41,883 nt of DNA from contig JBBCAW010000030.1 of assembly GCA_051382295.1 (NCBI GenBank), forward strand, positions 1 to 41,883, read 5' to 3'. This document shows, one piece after another, positions 1 through 9,087 of the stretch. The position numbers and the translations under genes are program-made. Below the pieces are notes generated by a model that did no database searches, was not told where the DNA came from, and worked only from the letters and a program-made list of their open reading frames with translations. The stretch comes from Bdellovibrionota bacterium FG-1. Lineage in GTDB: Bacteria > Bdellovibrionota > UBA1018. The stretch's first letter is position 1, and every line of letters begins with the position of its first letter.

Positions 1-16
1 AGTTGTTGTTCGATCA

Positions 17-319
17 ATGAAGTCCTGCGATCTAAGGACCGCGAGCGACTTGATCCAAAACTATTTGCCCGCACGCTACCTTTGCGAGCTTCACGAGTCA
101 CAATGGACCCCGGATTTCCGAACACTCATCACGTCCCAGCTTCCCACCGATGCGTGGCACACTTACCTTGGCGGATCGCTCGTCGCAGAGGGCATCTTGG
201 ATCGGCTCATGCACAGCACTCACCGGGCCGAACTCAGAGCACTTGAATCGATGAGAAAAGGGGAACAGAAAAACTCGGAGAATGCGACCTTGACACCAAG
301 CGCATCCTCGACTAACTAA
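17..319 (+). pseudogene. istB: C-terminal remnant of IS21-family helper ATPase IstB
   Basis: Translation contains TLITSQLPTDAWHTYLGGSLVAEGILDRLMHSTHRAEL..ESMRK, matching the IstB C-terminal signature (ITSQLP..W....G....A.AILDRL.H.....L.GESMR). No Walker A is visible and the upstream part is degenerate or lies outside the window. Confidence 0.8.
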
Positions 320-355
320 ATGCGTCAGCCGCTCGCGTTAAAACAGTGGCCTCGT

Positions 356-405
356 GCTGTCCACCTTGGCTCCCAAAGGCTGTCCACCATCACCCAAAAT
401 TCGCA
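356..405 (+). mobile_element. Right terminal end (IRR) of an IS21-family insertion sequence
   Basis: Two direct repeats GCTGTCCACC (356-365, 379-388; period 23) are followed by AAAATTCGCA ending in CA at 405, just downstream of istB. Subterminal repeats and a terminal CA are typical of IS21 ends. Confidence 0.7.
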
Positions 406-1208
406 ATTATCGTCAATTCTTGAGGGCCTATGCTGATGCCCAAGGAAAAAAGGAGGGCCGAGAAAAAAAATCAGGCGAACTTAGAAAGATAGCCCAAGCT
501 GCGCGAATCTTTCCCTCGTACTTGAGTCAGATATTATCAGGGAAACGAGACCTGACCTTGGATTAGGGAATCCAAGTGGCAGACTATCTTGGGATGGAGA
601 GTCGCGAAAGGAAGTACCTCCTGCTTGCCCTTCAGCTGGCGCGCGCGGCCACACCAAGACTTAAGGCCGAACTCTTGGGAGAAATGGGAAGATTAAGGAG
701 TGAGCATCTGGAACTGTCTACCCGCTTGCCTAATCAAAAAGAAATTTCACTTGAGGATGCCGCGCAATTCTATTCCTCATGGATTTACATTGCGATTCGC
801 CTCCTTACTGCAATTCCAAGCACGCAGACCCTTCCATCATTGATGGCAAAAACCGGTTTGAGTGAAAAGGTGATTAAAGGCGTGATGAGTTTTTTAATTC
901 AGACCGGTCTCTGCATCCGAACTAAGGACGGCAGATACAGTTACGGCCCAGCTCATATGCATCTGGAGGCTGGGCACCCGCTGATCACTAAGCATCACGC
1001 AAATTGGCGTGCCCACGCGATGGAAAAACACGCAATTCTAGATCCATCGAAAGAGCTGGCCTATAGCGGAGTGCTCGTTCTCTCTAAAGCCGACAGCGAA
1101 AAAATCAGAACTCTGCTTCCAACCTGGATCGATCAGGTTCGCTCGATCAGTGATCCTTCGCCCTCGGAAGTTGTTTATTGCCTCAATTTGGATTGGTTCG
1201 AGGTTTGA
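406..1208 (+). pseudogene. TIGR02147/DUF4423-family HTH protein, 5'-disrupted by IS21 and interrupted by an in-frame TAG at 564-566
   Basis: ORFs 354..566 and 576..1208 are in the same frame: YRQFL...PSYLSQILSGKRDLTLD*GIQVADYLG...FYSSWIYIAIRLL...HHANWR...VYCLNLDWFEV. These motifs are typical of the family. Confidence 0.85.
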
Positions 1209-1350
1209 CGTTCTAGACGACCTAAGTGAACTCGGCCTTAATATTCGCTATTTTTGAGTGGAATGGCCCTTGCTCTGTGGTCGACCATGACCAAAATCGA
1301 TTATCCTTATAGATCATGAGTTTAGAAACTTAAGGAGGCGCGCGAAGCTA

Positions 1351-1359
1351 TGGTATAAT
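1351..1359 (+). promoter_or_regulatory. Putative extended -10 element (TGGTATAAT) for the 1387 gene
   Basis: Perfect TGnTATAAT 28 nt upstream of the TTG start. Confidence 0.45.
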
Positions 1360-1386
1360 CGACGATAGGGATCGGGGGATGTTGGC

Positions 1387-3006
1387 TTGCCGAAATTGGC
1401 GCGAAAATCGGACGGGTATGCGATTGCTTTGGCTGCCCTTGCGGCGTTTGGAGCCCGGCCCGCCCAGAGTCAGCCCACTGCCATCGTAGTCGACGGCGGG
1501 GACTCGCCTGTCACGAATTACTGCCGGTATTACGACAACATTGATCGGACGGAACGCGTACTCACCGGATGGAACCGCGAGGATCTGGTGGCTGGAGGGC
1601 CGGATAATCCCGGCCCCACGAATTCGGCTTGTGACGCCAAGGGCTCGGTTAAATATGATGCAGAGGGGCTGCCCATTCTCGAGCATCGCACGCCATCGGG
1701 GCCCTGGAAAGGCGCGGCGACGCTGCAGGCGATCGAGGACCGGATCCGCAAGCTGAGGCCGGGCGAACCCGTGCTGCTTTACTTCACGGATCACGGATCC
1801 GGGGGCGACGGTGAAGGCGACCGGAAGGTGGTGCTCTGGGGACAGATGCTCACCGTTTCGCAGCTGCGCAAGCTGACCGGGCTAGTCCCTTCAAGCAGCA
1901 AGCTGATCATGGTGAACGACCAGTGTTTCGGCGGAGGCATGCTCGACTCGCTCTTCGCGGAAACCTCACCGCATGCTCCGCGTCCGCACTCATGCGGCTT
2001 TGCCGCTGCCACTCGGAGCGAGATGTCATACAGCGGCGGCGGTTTTATGGAGATGGCCGACCGGGTCGTGAAAAACCGCGATAATAAGCTCCCCACAGCG
2101 GTCGATTCCGACGGCGACGGACAGTACAGCTTCGGTGAAGTCCAGCGCTACATGCAGCGGAGCTACGCCACGGAATCGACGCCGGTCGCCTCGAGCGACA
2201 TCTTCCTGCAGCGCTACCTGGACGATAACGGATTGTCGCCTCGCGAGGGCCGGCGCGCGAAGATCCTCTCGGCCTGTATCTTTGAGCAGAATGGCGTCGC
2301 GGCGGTCACCCACGGCTGGAGTCCTATGCTCACCCTGTTGCTTCACGTGAAGCTCGAAAGGCTGCGCTCCGATCTGGCGAACGATTACGCCGGCGCAGGT
2401 GTTAGCCCCGGCGCGAATTTCGACGAGATCAAAAAAGAGCGCGACCGACGCGAGGACGAAGTGCGAAAAATCGAGAAACAGAGGGGCGATATCGTTCACA
2501 AGTTCAAGGATGCGTTCGCGGCTTGGATGACGGAAAAGCACCCGGAGCTGATGAAGCGCCTCGATGAGGACGAGCAGCAGCAGCTACTTCTGCAGATGGA
2601 GCTGGCCACCGGTCCGACCGCCGCCCGCCGGGCGCAGATCCAGGCGGAGCTCGTCAAGAAAGGGAGAGACGTCGAGCGTGATCAGACTGAAATCAATCGG
2701 CACAAGAGCGCGGTCACCCGCCCTGGCGCAAATCCCACGAAAAAAGAGTTCAACGCCTATGCATCCGCCCACGGCGATGCCGACGTGTCGGAAAAACTGG
2801 ACCAGGCCACCACCAAGATGGTCGATAAGAACATCGCCCTGCAGGCTTATCGACGGCTGTACAATACCGTGGCAACCTACAACGCCATCAGCGCGATGAT
2901 CGTTTCGGGCGATTCCAAGGCGATGAGTCAGTACCTCGACATGCTCGATTGCGAGAACACTCCGATCAGGCCCGTGCCTGAAGCCCAGGGGGGACATTCG
3001 AAATGA
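1387..3006 (+). CDS. Secreted clan CD (caspase/legumain C13-like) cysteine peptidase-domain protein with C-terminal coiled coil
   Basis: Signal-like N-terminus; catalytic dyad context VLLYFTDHGS (His-Gly) and IMVNDQCFGGG (Cys); DSDGDGQYSFGE motif; helical, charged C-terminal half. Confidence 0.7.
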   Translation: MPKLARKSDGYAIALAALAAFGARPAQSQPTAIVVDGGDSPVTNYCRYYDNIDRTERVLTGWNREDLVAGGPDNPGPTNSACDAKGSVKYDAEGLPILEHRTPSGPWKGAATLQAIEDRIRKLRPGEPVLLYFTDHGSGGDGEGDRKVVLWGQMLTVSQLRKLTGLVPSSSKLIMVNDQCFGGGMLDSLFAETSPHAPRPHSCGFAAATRSEMSYSGGGFMEMADRVVKNRDNKLPTAVDSDGDGQYSFGEVQRYMQRSYATESTPVASSDIFLQRYLDDNGLSPREGRRAKILSACIFEQNGVAAVTHGWSPMLTLLLHVKLERLRSDLANDYAGAGVSPGANFDEIKKERDRREDEVRKIEKQRGDIVHKFKDAFAAWMTEKHPELMKRLDEDEQQQLLLQMELATGPTAARRAQIQAELVKKGRDVERDQTEINRHKSAVTRPGANPTKKEFNAYASAHGDADVSEKLDQATTKMVDKNIALQAYRRLYNTVATYNAISAMIVSGDSKAMSQYLDMLDCENTPIRPVPEAQGGHSK

Positions 3007-3395
3007 GAGGCGCGTTTTTCGGGCTGGCGTTGCTTTTGGCGGTGGGAGCAGCGCAGGCGGTCGAGGCCCCGCAGCTCGTGCTGCCCACCCAGCTCGGCTG
3101 TGGCGTTTATCGGGTGAAGGGCCTGATGGCCCACCGTTCGAACGGCATCGAAGTCATCCGGGTCTATGCGGAAACCACCGCCGAGTTCGAGCTTCCGGTT
3201 TTCGGGCTCTCGGCCCGGGATTCCGTCGCCCTGGATGAAACCTACGCGGTACTTGAGGTCGAAATCTTCCGCGAAAAAGGCAAGCCCACGCAGGCGCCGC
3301 GGGCGCGCTTCCGCCAGCTCGTGGCCAAGATTGCGGGCCTCCACCAGGCCAATGATCACGCCGTCGAGGGTATTCAGGCCGTAATTTGCCCGTAA
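3003..3395 (+). CDS. Secreted hypothetical protein, translationally coupled to the peptidase
   Basis: ATG at 3003 overlaps the upstream stop region; signal peptide ending AQA; Cys near both ends; same high-GC codon style as the peptidase. Confidence 0.7.
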   Translation: MRGAFFGLALLLAVGAAQAVEAPQLVLPTQLGCGVYRVKGLMAHRSNGIEVIRVYAETTAEFELPVFGLSARDSVALDETYAVLEVEIFREKGKPTQAPRARFRQLVAKIAGLHQANDHAVEGIQAVICP

Positions 3396-3431
3396 ATCTT
3401 CCTGCCGTGCTAGGCGACTGCGTCAGCGATT

Positions 3432-3644
3432 TTACCCGACAGTCTGAAATCCCACGGTGATCGCTTCGATCCGGGCTATGTCTTGACCGTGGTCTGTGAC
3501 AATGACGGATTGGCCATTCTGCGCCAGCCGCAGCACCTCAGAGAGCCTTGCCTTGGTTTGACTGACGCTGAATCGCTCGGTAGAAGATGTCGGTTTCCTT
3601 CGTCTTGGCGTCGGAGTTACTTCCGGTGCCTCCGGGTATTTCAC
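3432..3644 (-). CDS. Phd/YefM-family antitoxin-like protein (orphan)
   Basis: FSVSQTKARLSEVLRLAQNGQSVIVTDHGQDIARI matches the Phd DNA-binding domain pattern (vs.seaK.rLsell..v..Ge.v.iT..G.pvA.l). No toxin gene is adjacent. Confidence 0.7.
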   Translation of the reverse strand: MKYPEAPEVTPTPRRRKPTSSTERFSVSQTKARLSEVLRLAQNGQSVIVTDHGQDIARIEAITVGFQTVG

Positions 3645-3788
3645 GCATTAAAAATTTAATGGGGGCCTCGCGTGCAACTAGTTGATTTCATAATACAAAA
3701 CATAAAGAAATGCGTGGTGTCAATAATAATAGACTATTTTACTCTTTTATTCTATAACCCCTCTCAGTCTTTAACAGGAGCGTTTGCC

Positions 3789-4373
3789 ATGAAATCTTTT
3801 TTTCCATCAGTCCTTGCCGTAGTACTTGGCCTTTCCAATCTCACTCCCTTTTGTAGCTTTGCCGCTGATTTTTCTAGCTCAAATTTAAAGGGCCTTTATC
3901 AATTCATTTCAGGCGATGACAACTGCCCACCGCACATGGACATTTTGCCGAACGAAAGTCACCTCATCCTGCTCCAGTACGATCTTCAAGAATCACGTTT
4001 TATGGCGACAAGAATTTTCACTCTAGGTTTTGAGAAAATCGGGTGGACCGGTTATGGAGATTATTTTGAGGAAACGAGGCAAAAACACTATCGCCAAGAA
4101 TCGGTTCGGTATTTCAAAGATAAAACACAAGTTTCAACTCAGGCTGGCGCAGTTTTGATTTCTCAAAAAATAGATTTTATCGGAGAAGGAATTTGGATTC
4201 CAGAAATTTCGGCTAGCGTTGAAACATTGATCAAGCATGAGATCATTCAACGGTTGGATGATCATGACGTTCAATACTTCATGACTGAAGAATCTACTTT
4301 CAAGGCTTCAACAAGTGCGCCTGCGGGCAGCGGAAAACAGACCATGAATTGTCGCTATCGCGAAATCAATTAA
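3789..4373 (+). CDS. Secreted hypothetical protein
   Basis: AGGAG RBS at 3776-3780 before ATG 3789; signal peptide MKSFFPSVLAVVLG...SFA; terminal C-x-Y motif. Confidence 0.7.
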   Translation: MKSFFPSVLAVVLGLSNLTPFCSFAADFSSSNLKGLYQFISGDDNCPPHMDILPNESHLILLQYDLQESRFMATRIFTLGFEKIGWTGYGDYFEETRQKHYRQESVRYFKDKTQVSTQAGAVLISQKIDFIGEGIWIPEISASVETLIKHEIIQRLDDHDVQYFMTEESTFKASTSAPAGSGKQTMNCRYREIN

Positions 4374-4496
4374 AATGGGTTGGCCTCAATCGGGATTCAG
4401 TGCTGAGCGAATTTCGAGAAATGGATTTGAAGGAAGCCTATCGTGCCGCAAGTTTCTTTGGTTCCCCTGTTCCCCGTGCTCCCCTATTCCCACGTT

Positions 4497-4598
4497 AGAA
4501 ATTCTTCGGTGAAGGAGGAGGGGATCCGCGCGCGCAGGATGCGCTTTTCGCGCGGAGGCCCAGGAAGGCCAACCCCGACTCCTTCACCAAGAATTTCT
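4497..4598 (+). ncRNA. Dispersed structured element copy 1 (two GGA-loop hairpins; CsrA-site/TwoAYGGAY-like)
   Basis: Outer stem AGAAATTCTT(C)GGTGAAGGAG/CTCCTTCACCAAGAATTTCT encloses the core GAGGGGATCCGCGCGCGCAGGATGCGCTTTTCGCGCGGAGGCCCAGGAAGGCCAACCCCGA, shared with three other loci. Confidence 0.7.
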
Positions 4599-4601
4599 GT
4601 A

Positions 4602-5009
4602 TTACTTGACGCCTTTTGAGATCAAATGCGGGCAGTACTTCTTGTCAGTGCCAAGAATGTGATTGGTTAACCAATTCTTGAGGAAGGTCATAATTTCAGT
4701 CGAGATCGTTGCCGTTCCGGCCTTGAACTTGGTCTGAAATTCCGCTACCTGGGCGACCAGCTTTTTATGCTCCTCTTTATGAGCTGCGGTGTCTGGATAG
4801 GCGTGCGTGGCAAAAAGCTCTTCTTCATGTTTGAAGTGCTTGACGGTGTAGTTCACTAGGCCATCCAAAATAGGGCCGGTGACATTAGCCCCTTTCCCCT
4901 GCATCATTCCGTCATGCAGTTGGTTGATATATTCGACCAACTTTTTGTGTTCATCATCAATGGATTGAATGCCCAACGTAAAACGACTACTCCACTCGAA
5001 AAGTGCCAT
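4602..5009 (-). CDS. Bacteriohemerythrin
   Basis: W...F.LGI..IDDEHK, HFKHEE, HKEEH and WLTNHILGTD give the complete di-iron ligand set; AAGGAG RBS. Confidence 0.95.
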   Translation of the reverse strand: MALFEWSSRFTLGIQSIDDEHKKLVEYINQLHDGMMQGKGANVTGPILDGLVNYTVKHFKHEEELFATHAYPDTAAHKEEHKKLVAQVAEFQTKFKAGTATISTEIMTFLKNWLTNHILGTDKKYCPHLISKGVK

Positions 5010-5144
5010 TTGAAATCTCCTTGAAAAGAGGGTTAGTGCAACTATTTAAGCAGAATGTTTTTTAAATTTACATATAAAGAGTAAATAAAATATTCGACAA
5101 AAAAATGACACGAACCCAATGATTTTCGATGAAGCCTGTTTTTT

Positions 5145-5888
5145 TTATTCCTTTTGAAGGCTTGCGTCTTCAATGAGGGCTGGGAAGAAGTAACCTGCGC
5201 CAATGCTCTTGTCGGCGCGAAGCTTGCCTTTGACTACCACAATATCCCCAACCTGGGTAGGATGGTCGGAGGTGACAGTTAGGTCAAAATCTTTGGTGGC
5301 CTCACTGCCCGTTCCGTCTGAAATATGGAGCCAGTTCTTTTTCATGATCGCGGCGTTGTACTTAACTACTTGGCCTCGGACCGTAACTTCTTTGTCCTTG
5401 AGCGTCGCTTTTTGTGCGTAAAGTTCGGCGATCGTGTGGCCACTAGGTCCAGACGCTTTGCTTACTTTGATTTTGGATAAATCGACGGCGGGATGAGAGG
5501 CTGCTTGGCCATGGGGAGTCGCACCATTCATTGCGGCTTTAAAGGTGCCGCCACTCGCCATTCCTGCTGGGGCGGGTTCATTCGTCGCCTGAGCATCTAA
5601 TGTCCCAAAGAAGATTTTGTCGAACTTTCTCTTCAAGGTTTTGCTTTCAAATCCATTCATAGGCTGTGGATTGTGGATGTCTACCTTGGAACCCACCTTT
5701 ACTTCGGCCTGTGGAACAGCGGCCCAGACTTCGCCCTGAGTAGATTTGAGGCGAATATAGGTGTAGCTGCTCGCGTTCATGGTTTCTAAAACCGTGCCGG
5801 AGAGAGAGTCGGCGGCCATGACTGGCGTACTCAGGGTGGCGAAAAGAAGCACTGAACAGAATGTTGAAAGCAAATATTTTAGGGTCAT
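5145..5888 (-). CDS. Periplasmic NrfJ-like tandem OB-fold protein
   Basis: Signal peptide; GTVLETMNASSYTYIRL..GEVWAAVP..FESKTLKRKFDKIFFG; second domain VRGQVVKYN..IMKKNWLHISDGTG. Confidence 0.7.
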   Translation of the reverse strand: MTLKYLLSTFCSVLLFATLSTPVMAADSLSGTVLETMNASSYTYIRLKSTQGEVWAAVPQAEVKVGSKVDIHNPQPMNGFESKTLKRKFDKIFFGTLDAQATNEPAPAGMASGGTFKAAMNGATPHGQAASHPAVDLSKIKVSKASGPSGHTIAELYAQKATLKDKEVTVRGQVVKYNAAIMKKNWLHISDGTGSEATKDFDLTVTSDHPTQVGDIVVVKGKLRADKSIGAGYFFPALIEDASLQKE

Positions 5889-6077
5889 TATAAATTCCTT
5901 CTTAGGGGGTTAGGTTTGCTTTTTTTCTCTTTCGTGGCCAAGGAAAGCAAGGCCCATTTTATAATATGGTACGCCATATTCAGAAGATAACATCAAGGTC
6001 ATTAAGGTTATTTGAGAATTTACACGAGTTAACAAAGAGTTTAGACTCAATACCAAACAGAAACAAGGAGCGTTTCA

Positions 6078-6566
6078 ATGAAATTAGCATGGATTGGAAT
6101 TTTAATAGTCGCTAGCTTTCCTGCCGCCAGTTTTGCAGCAGAAAATTGCACGGCCAGCAAAAAAACTGCAGTTTGTACTGACAAAATCGTCAAAGAACAA
6201 GTGGATTGGGCCTGTGGTTTGGTTGAAAAGACCGGCAAAGAAGCGGTCGATGAAATTAAAATCATGCGATTTGATTGCTGCGGTGAGCCAAACTATGTTT
6301 GGATCAACGATATGCATCCGACGATGATTATGCATCCAGTGAAAACACAACTCGATGGCAAGGATCTCACAACCAATGCTGATGAAGATGGTAAGAAGCT
6401 CTTTGTCGAATTCGTCAAAGCCGCTACCCCTACCGGGGCATGGGTTGATTACAAGTGGAAAAAAGTGGGCGAAGGCGTAGGCAGCCCCAAGCGCTCTTGG
6501 GTTAAAAAATGTAAAGTGGGTAGCACGGCTGACTTTTGGGTCGTCGGTTCTGGAACTTGGAAATAA
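6078..6566 (+). CDS. Stand-alone periplasmic single Cache domain protein
   Basis: Signal peptide; YVWIND..MIMHP...L.GKD....DEDGKKLFVEF....GAWVDYKWKK.G...PKRSWV (sCache_2 pattern); AAGGAG RBS. Confidence 0.85.
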   Translation: MKLAWIGILIVASFPAASFAAENCTASKKTAVCTDKIVKEQVDWACGLVEKTGKEAVDEIKIMRFDCCGEPNYVWINDMHPTMIMHPVKTQLDGKDLTTNADEDGKKLFVEFVKAATPTGAWVDYKWKKVGEGVGSPKRSWVKKCKVGSTADFWVVGSGTWK

Positions 6567-6576
6567 GGGATAAATT

Positions 6577-8193
6577 ATGGCAGGGCACACTGAAGAAATG
6601 AAAGCACATTCAGGATCCACTCGATCACTAAAAGGGAAATTCTGGTTTTTGGGCTTTTTGATCGGCGGGAGTGCCCTGCTTACCTTAGTAGTTTTTGGAG
6701 TGACCATCTCCAAAATGAATAGTGCTCAAAGAGATTATCAGGGTGCTGTTGAACTCTCCCGGATAGTCAATGAACTCAAGAGTGAGTATTTCATTATGGA
6801 GGCCTCTGAGTATGGCTTCATTGCCGACTCCACCAATGAGGGCCTTTGGGACCGACGACTTAAGGCTGAAAAGACTTTAGTCGAATTACGTGAAAAGATT
6901 CGTACAAAATTGTCTGATGCTGAAACCATGGCCTTCATCGACAAAGCAGTGGATATTAACGAAAAGATTTTAACCCCCGTCTCCCTCGAGGCTAAAGCTA
7001 CGATCGACAAAGACCGCATGGCTGTTCTTAAGCTTTATGCCCTGAAGGTAACTCCGGGCTATGGGCTGGCCCGCTTGACCATTACCAAGGCCGTGAAGCG
7101 GATTCAGGAAAAGGAAACGGCTGCCGAGACACGTCTGAATCAGGTTGTAAACATCGGAGGAATGCTCCTGACCGGTGTTCTTTTGTTTAGCGTGATTTTT
7201 AGCGTTGTGATGATTGTTAAAATGGGGCGTTCGATTGTTGATCCGCTGGATCTTGCGGTGAGGGAATTGACCAAAGAAACCGAAGAAGCACGAGGTGCGG
7301 CTTCCAAAATTAACGTGGCTTCGCAAACTTTGGCCCAAAGCACGACTGAGCAGGCTGCGGCGCTAGAAGAGACCGCCGCCTCAGTCGAACAACTCAACGC
7401 CATGACCATGAAGAATGCCGAAAATGCGACTCGCTCCGGCGAAGTGGCTAATCAAAGCAATGAGTCGGCTAATAACGGCAAGCGTGCGGTCGACGAAATG
7501 ATCGCCGCTATCAAGGATATTAGTCAATCGAACACGGAGATCATGGCTCAAATTGAAGAGAGCAATAAGCAGATTACCGAAATTACCAAGGTGATCAGTG
7601 AAATTGGGACAAAAACTCAGGTCATCAATGACATTGTGTTTCAAACCAAGCTCTTGTCGTTCAATGCGTCGGTCGAGGCTGCACGAGCAGGCGAACATGG
7701 TAAGGGTTTTGCCGTGGTTGCTGAAGAGGTGGGTAAGCTCGCTCAAATGAGCGGGAGTGCGGCTGAAGAAATCGCCAAGATGCTCGAGGGTGGTATTCGC
7801 AAGGTGGAAAGCATTGTCACCAATACTCGCACTAATGTGGAGCGGCTGATGGCGCAGGCAAGAGAAAAACTTGATCGAGGCACCCAGGTTGCCGAGGGAT
7901 CGGGCAAAGTGCTCGATGAGATTGTGACTCGGGTTTCAGAAGTGAATCGAATGATTGGCGAAATTTCGGTGGCGACCTCCGAGCAGGCTAATGGGCTTCA
8001 AGAAATTGCAAAAGCCATGAGTCAAGTAGGTAAAGGAATGCATCAAAATTCGGATGTTTCGCATCAAGTCGGTGAATTAGCGACTCAGTTGAATCGTCAA
8101 TCCGAATCTTTGGGAACGGTCGTTTCTTCGTTGGTTGATCTCATTAAGGGCCAGTCCGAAGGCGAAACACTTGCTTCTCATGCCTCTCATTGA
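6577..8193 (+). CDS. Methyl-accepting chemotaxis protein
   Basis: Two TM helices flank a helical periplasmic domain; signalling hairpin [48 protein letters not shown] methylation helix. Confidence 0.95.
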   Translation: MAGHTEEMKAHSGSTRSLKGKFWFLGFLIGGSALLTLVVFGVTISKMNSAQRDYQGAVELSRIVNELKSEYFIMEASEYGFIADSTNEGLWDRRLKAEKTLVELREKIRTKLSDAETMAFIDKAVDINEKILTPVSLEAKATIDKDRMAVLKLYALKVTPGYGLARLTITKAVKRIQEKETAAETRLNQVVNIGGMLLTGVLLFSVIFSVVMIVKMGRSIVDPLDLAVRELTKETEEARGAASKINVASQTLAQSTTEQAAALEETAASVEQLNAMTMKNAENATRSGEVANQSNESANNGKRAVDEMIAAIKDISQSNTEIMAQIEESNKQITEITKVISEIGTKTQVINDIVFQTKLLSFNASVEAARAGEHGKGFAVVAEEVGKLAQMSGSAAEEIAKMLEGGIRKVESIVTNTRTNVERLMAQAREKLDRGTQVAEGSGKVLDEIVTRVSEVNRMIGEISVATSEQANGLQEIAKAMSQVGKGMHQNSDVSHQVGELATQLNRQSESLGTVVSSLVDLIKGQSEGETLASHASH

Positions 8194-8205
8194 TAATAGC
8201 CCCGC

Positions 8206-8955
8206 ATGACGGGACATTTTTCAAGCTGGGGCGTTTGTTTATTTATTCTTTGCTGCTTTTTTCCAACCCAGGGATGGTCTCAGGTTGACTTTAAGTCCGG
8301 GGAGGCTCTCCGGTCAAAAATCTATGCCGAGAATTCACGTCGCCAAAAGTGGCTTTTTGATTTGAATCGTATCGTGGAACTCGATGGCTCCGACACTCGC
8401 ATTCAAACCCGGTTTGTGACTCCTGAGGGCAAAGAGGTGGTTTTTGAGGAAACCACCGTCGGGGATGCCGAAAAGAACATTCAGATTAAGAAGTACATCC
8501 TCAAAAAATTCCAGATCGATGAAAGCGGTACCCTCGAAACGAGGGATGGGAAAATCTATTTTTCTTATACCCGCCAGGGAAAAACCGAGACTGCGACTGA
8601 AAGCGCGCCGCTCAATTTGATTACGGGCTCCGTGACGATTCGATTCATCATGAATCATTGGTCGGAAATTATGAATGGCCAAGAGGTGGATGCGCGCTAT
8701 GCGGCTTTGGATCGGCGTGAAACGGTCGGTTTCAAGTTTTTTAAAGTCGCGGAAGAAAAACGGGACGGTAAAGACGTCGTCATTGTCAAAATGAAGCCTA
8801 AAAGTCTTGTGATCGCGGCCATCGTCGATCCCATCCTTTTTACTTTCGAAAAGGCTCCCATTCGCTGTCTTTCGGTCGTCGGGCGGACGTTGCCCAAGCG
8901 ACTCGAAGACAGTACATGGAAGGATTTAGATGCCGAAATTATCTATTCTTACTAA
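8206..8955 (+). CDS. Secreted hypothetical protein (beta-rich)
   Basis: 249-aa ORF 12 nt after the MCP; signal-like N-terminus. Confidence 0.7.
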   Translation: MTGHFSSWGVCLFILCCFFPTQGWSQVDFKSGEALRSKIYAENSRRQKWLFDLNRIVELDGSDTRIQTRFVTPEGKEVVFEETTVGDAEKNIQIKKYILKKFQIDESGTLETRDGKIYFSYTRQGKTETATESAPLNLITGSVTIRFIMNHWSEIMNGQEVDARYAALDRRETVGFKFFKVAEEKRDGKDVVIVKMKPKSLVIAAIVDPILFTFEKAPIRCLSVVGRTLPKRLEDSTWKDLDAEIIYSY

Positions 8956-9087
8956 GCTAGGCTTCGTGAAGCTGGAACTGGTACTGGAGCGAGGTAATAA
9001 AGTATTTGAAAAATAACGCTCTGCGTGATATTGGCGTGATCAATGTTCTTAATAGATTGAGTGCGGCCTCAGGGCCAGGAGTGATTC

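Noticed and set aside
564..566. Programmed readthrough or pyrrolysine at the in-frame TAG
   Set aside because: Other genes here use TAG as a normal stop, no pyl genes are present, and the gene is already disrupted by an IS.
1348..3384. Numerous alternative-frame and antisense ORFs across the islet and the metabolic genes
   Set aside because: They are shadow ORFs of long, motif-supported genes and have no recognisable motifs or RBS.
4497..4598. The four structured elements as ordinary Rho-independent terminators or self-cleaving ribozymes
   Set aside because: They have a multibranch ~100-nt fold without U-tracts, and no hammerhead (CUGANGA/GAAA), HDV or twister core was recognisable.
6010..6045. 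Sigma28 promoter upstream of the Cache/MCP genes
   Set aside because: Only a weak TAAG..CACGAGTT resemblance to TAAA-N15-GCCGATAA; not supportable.
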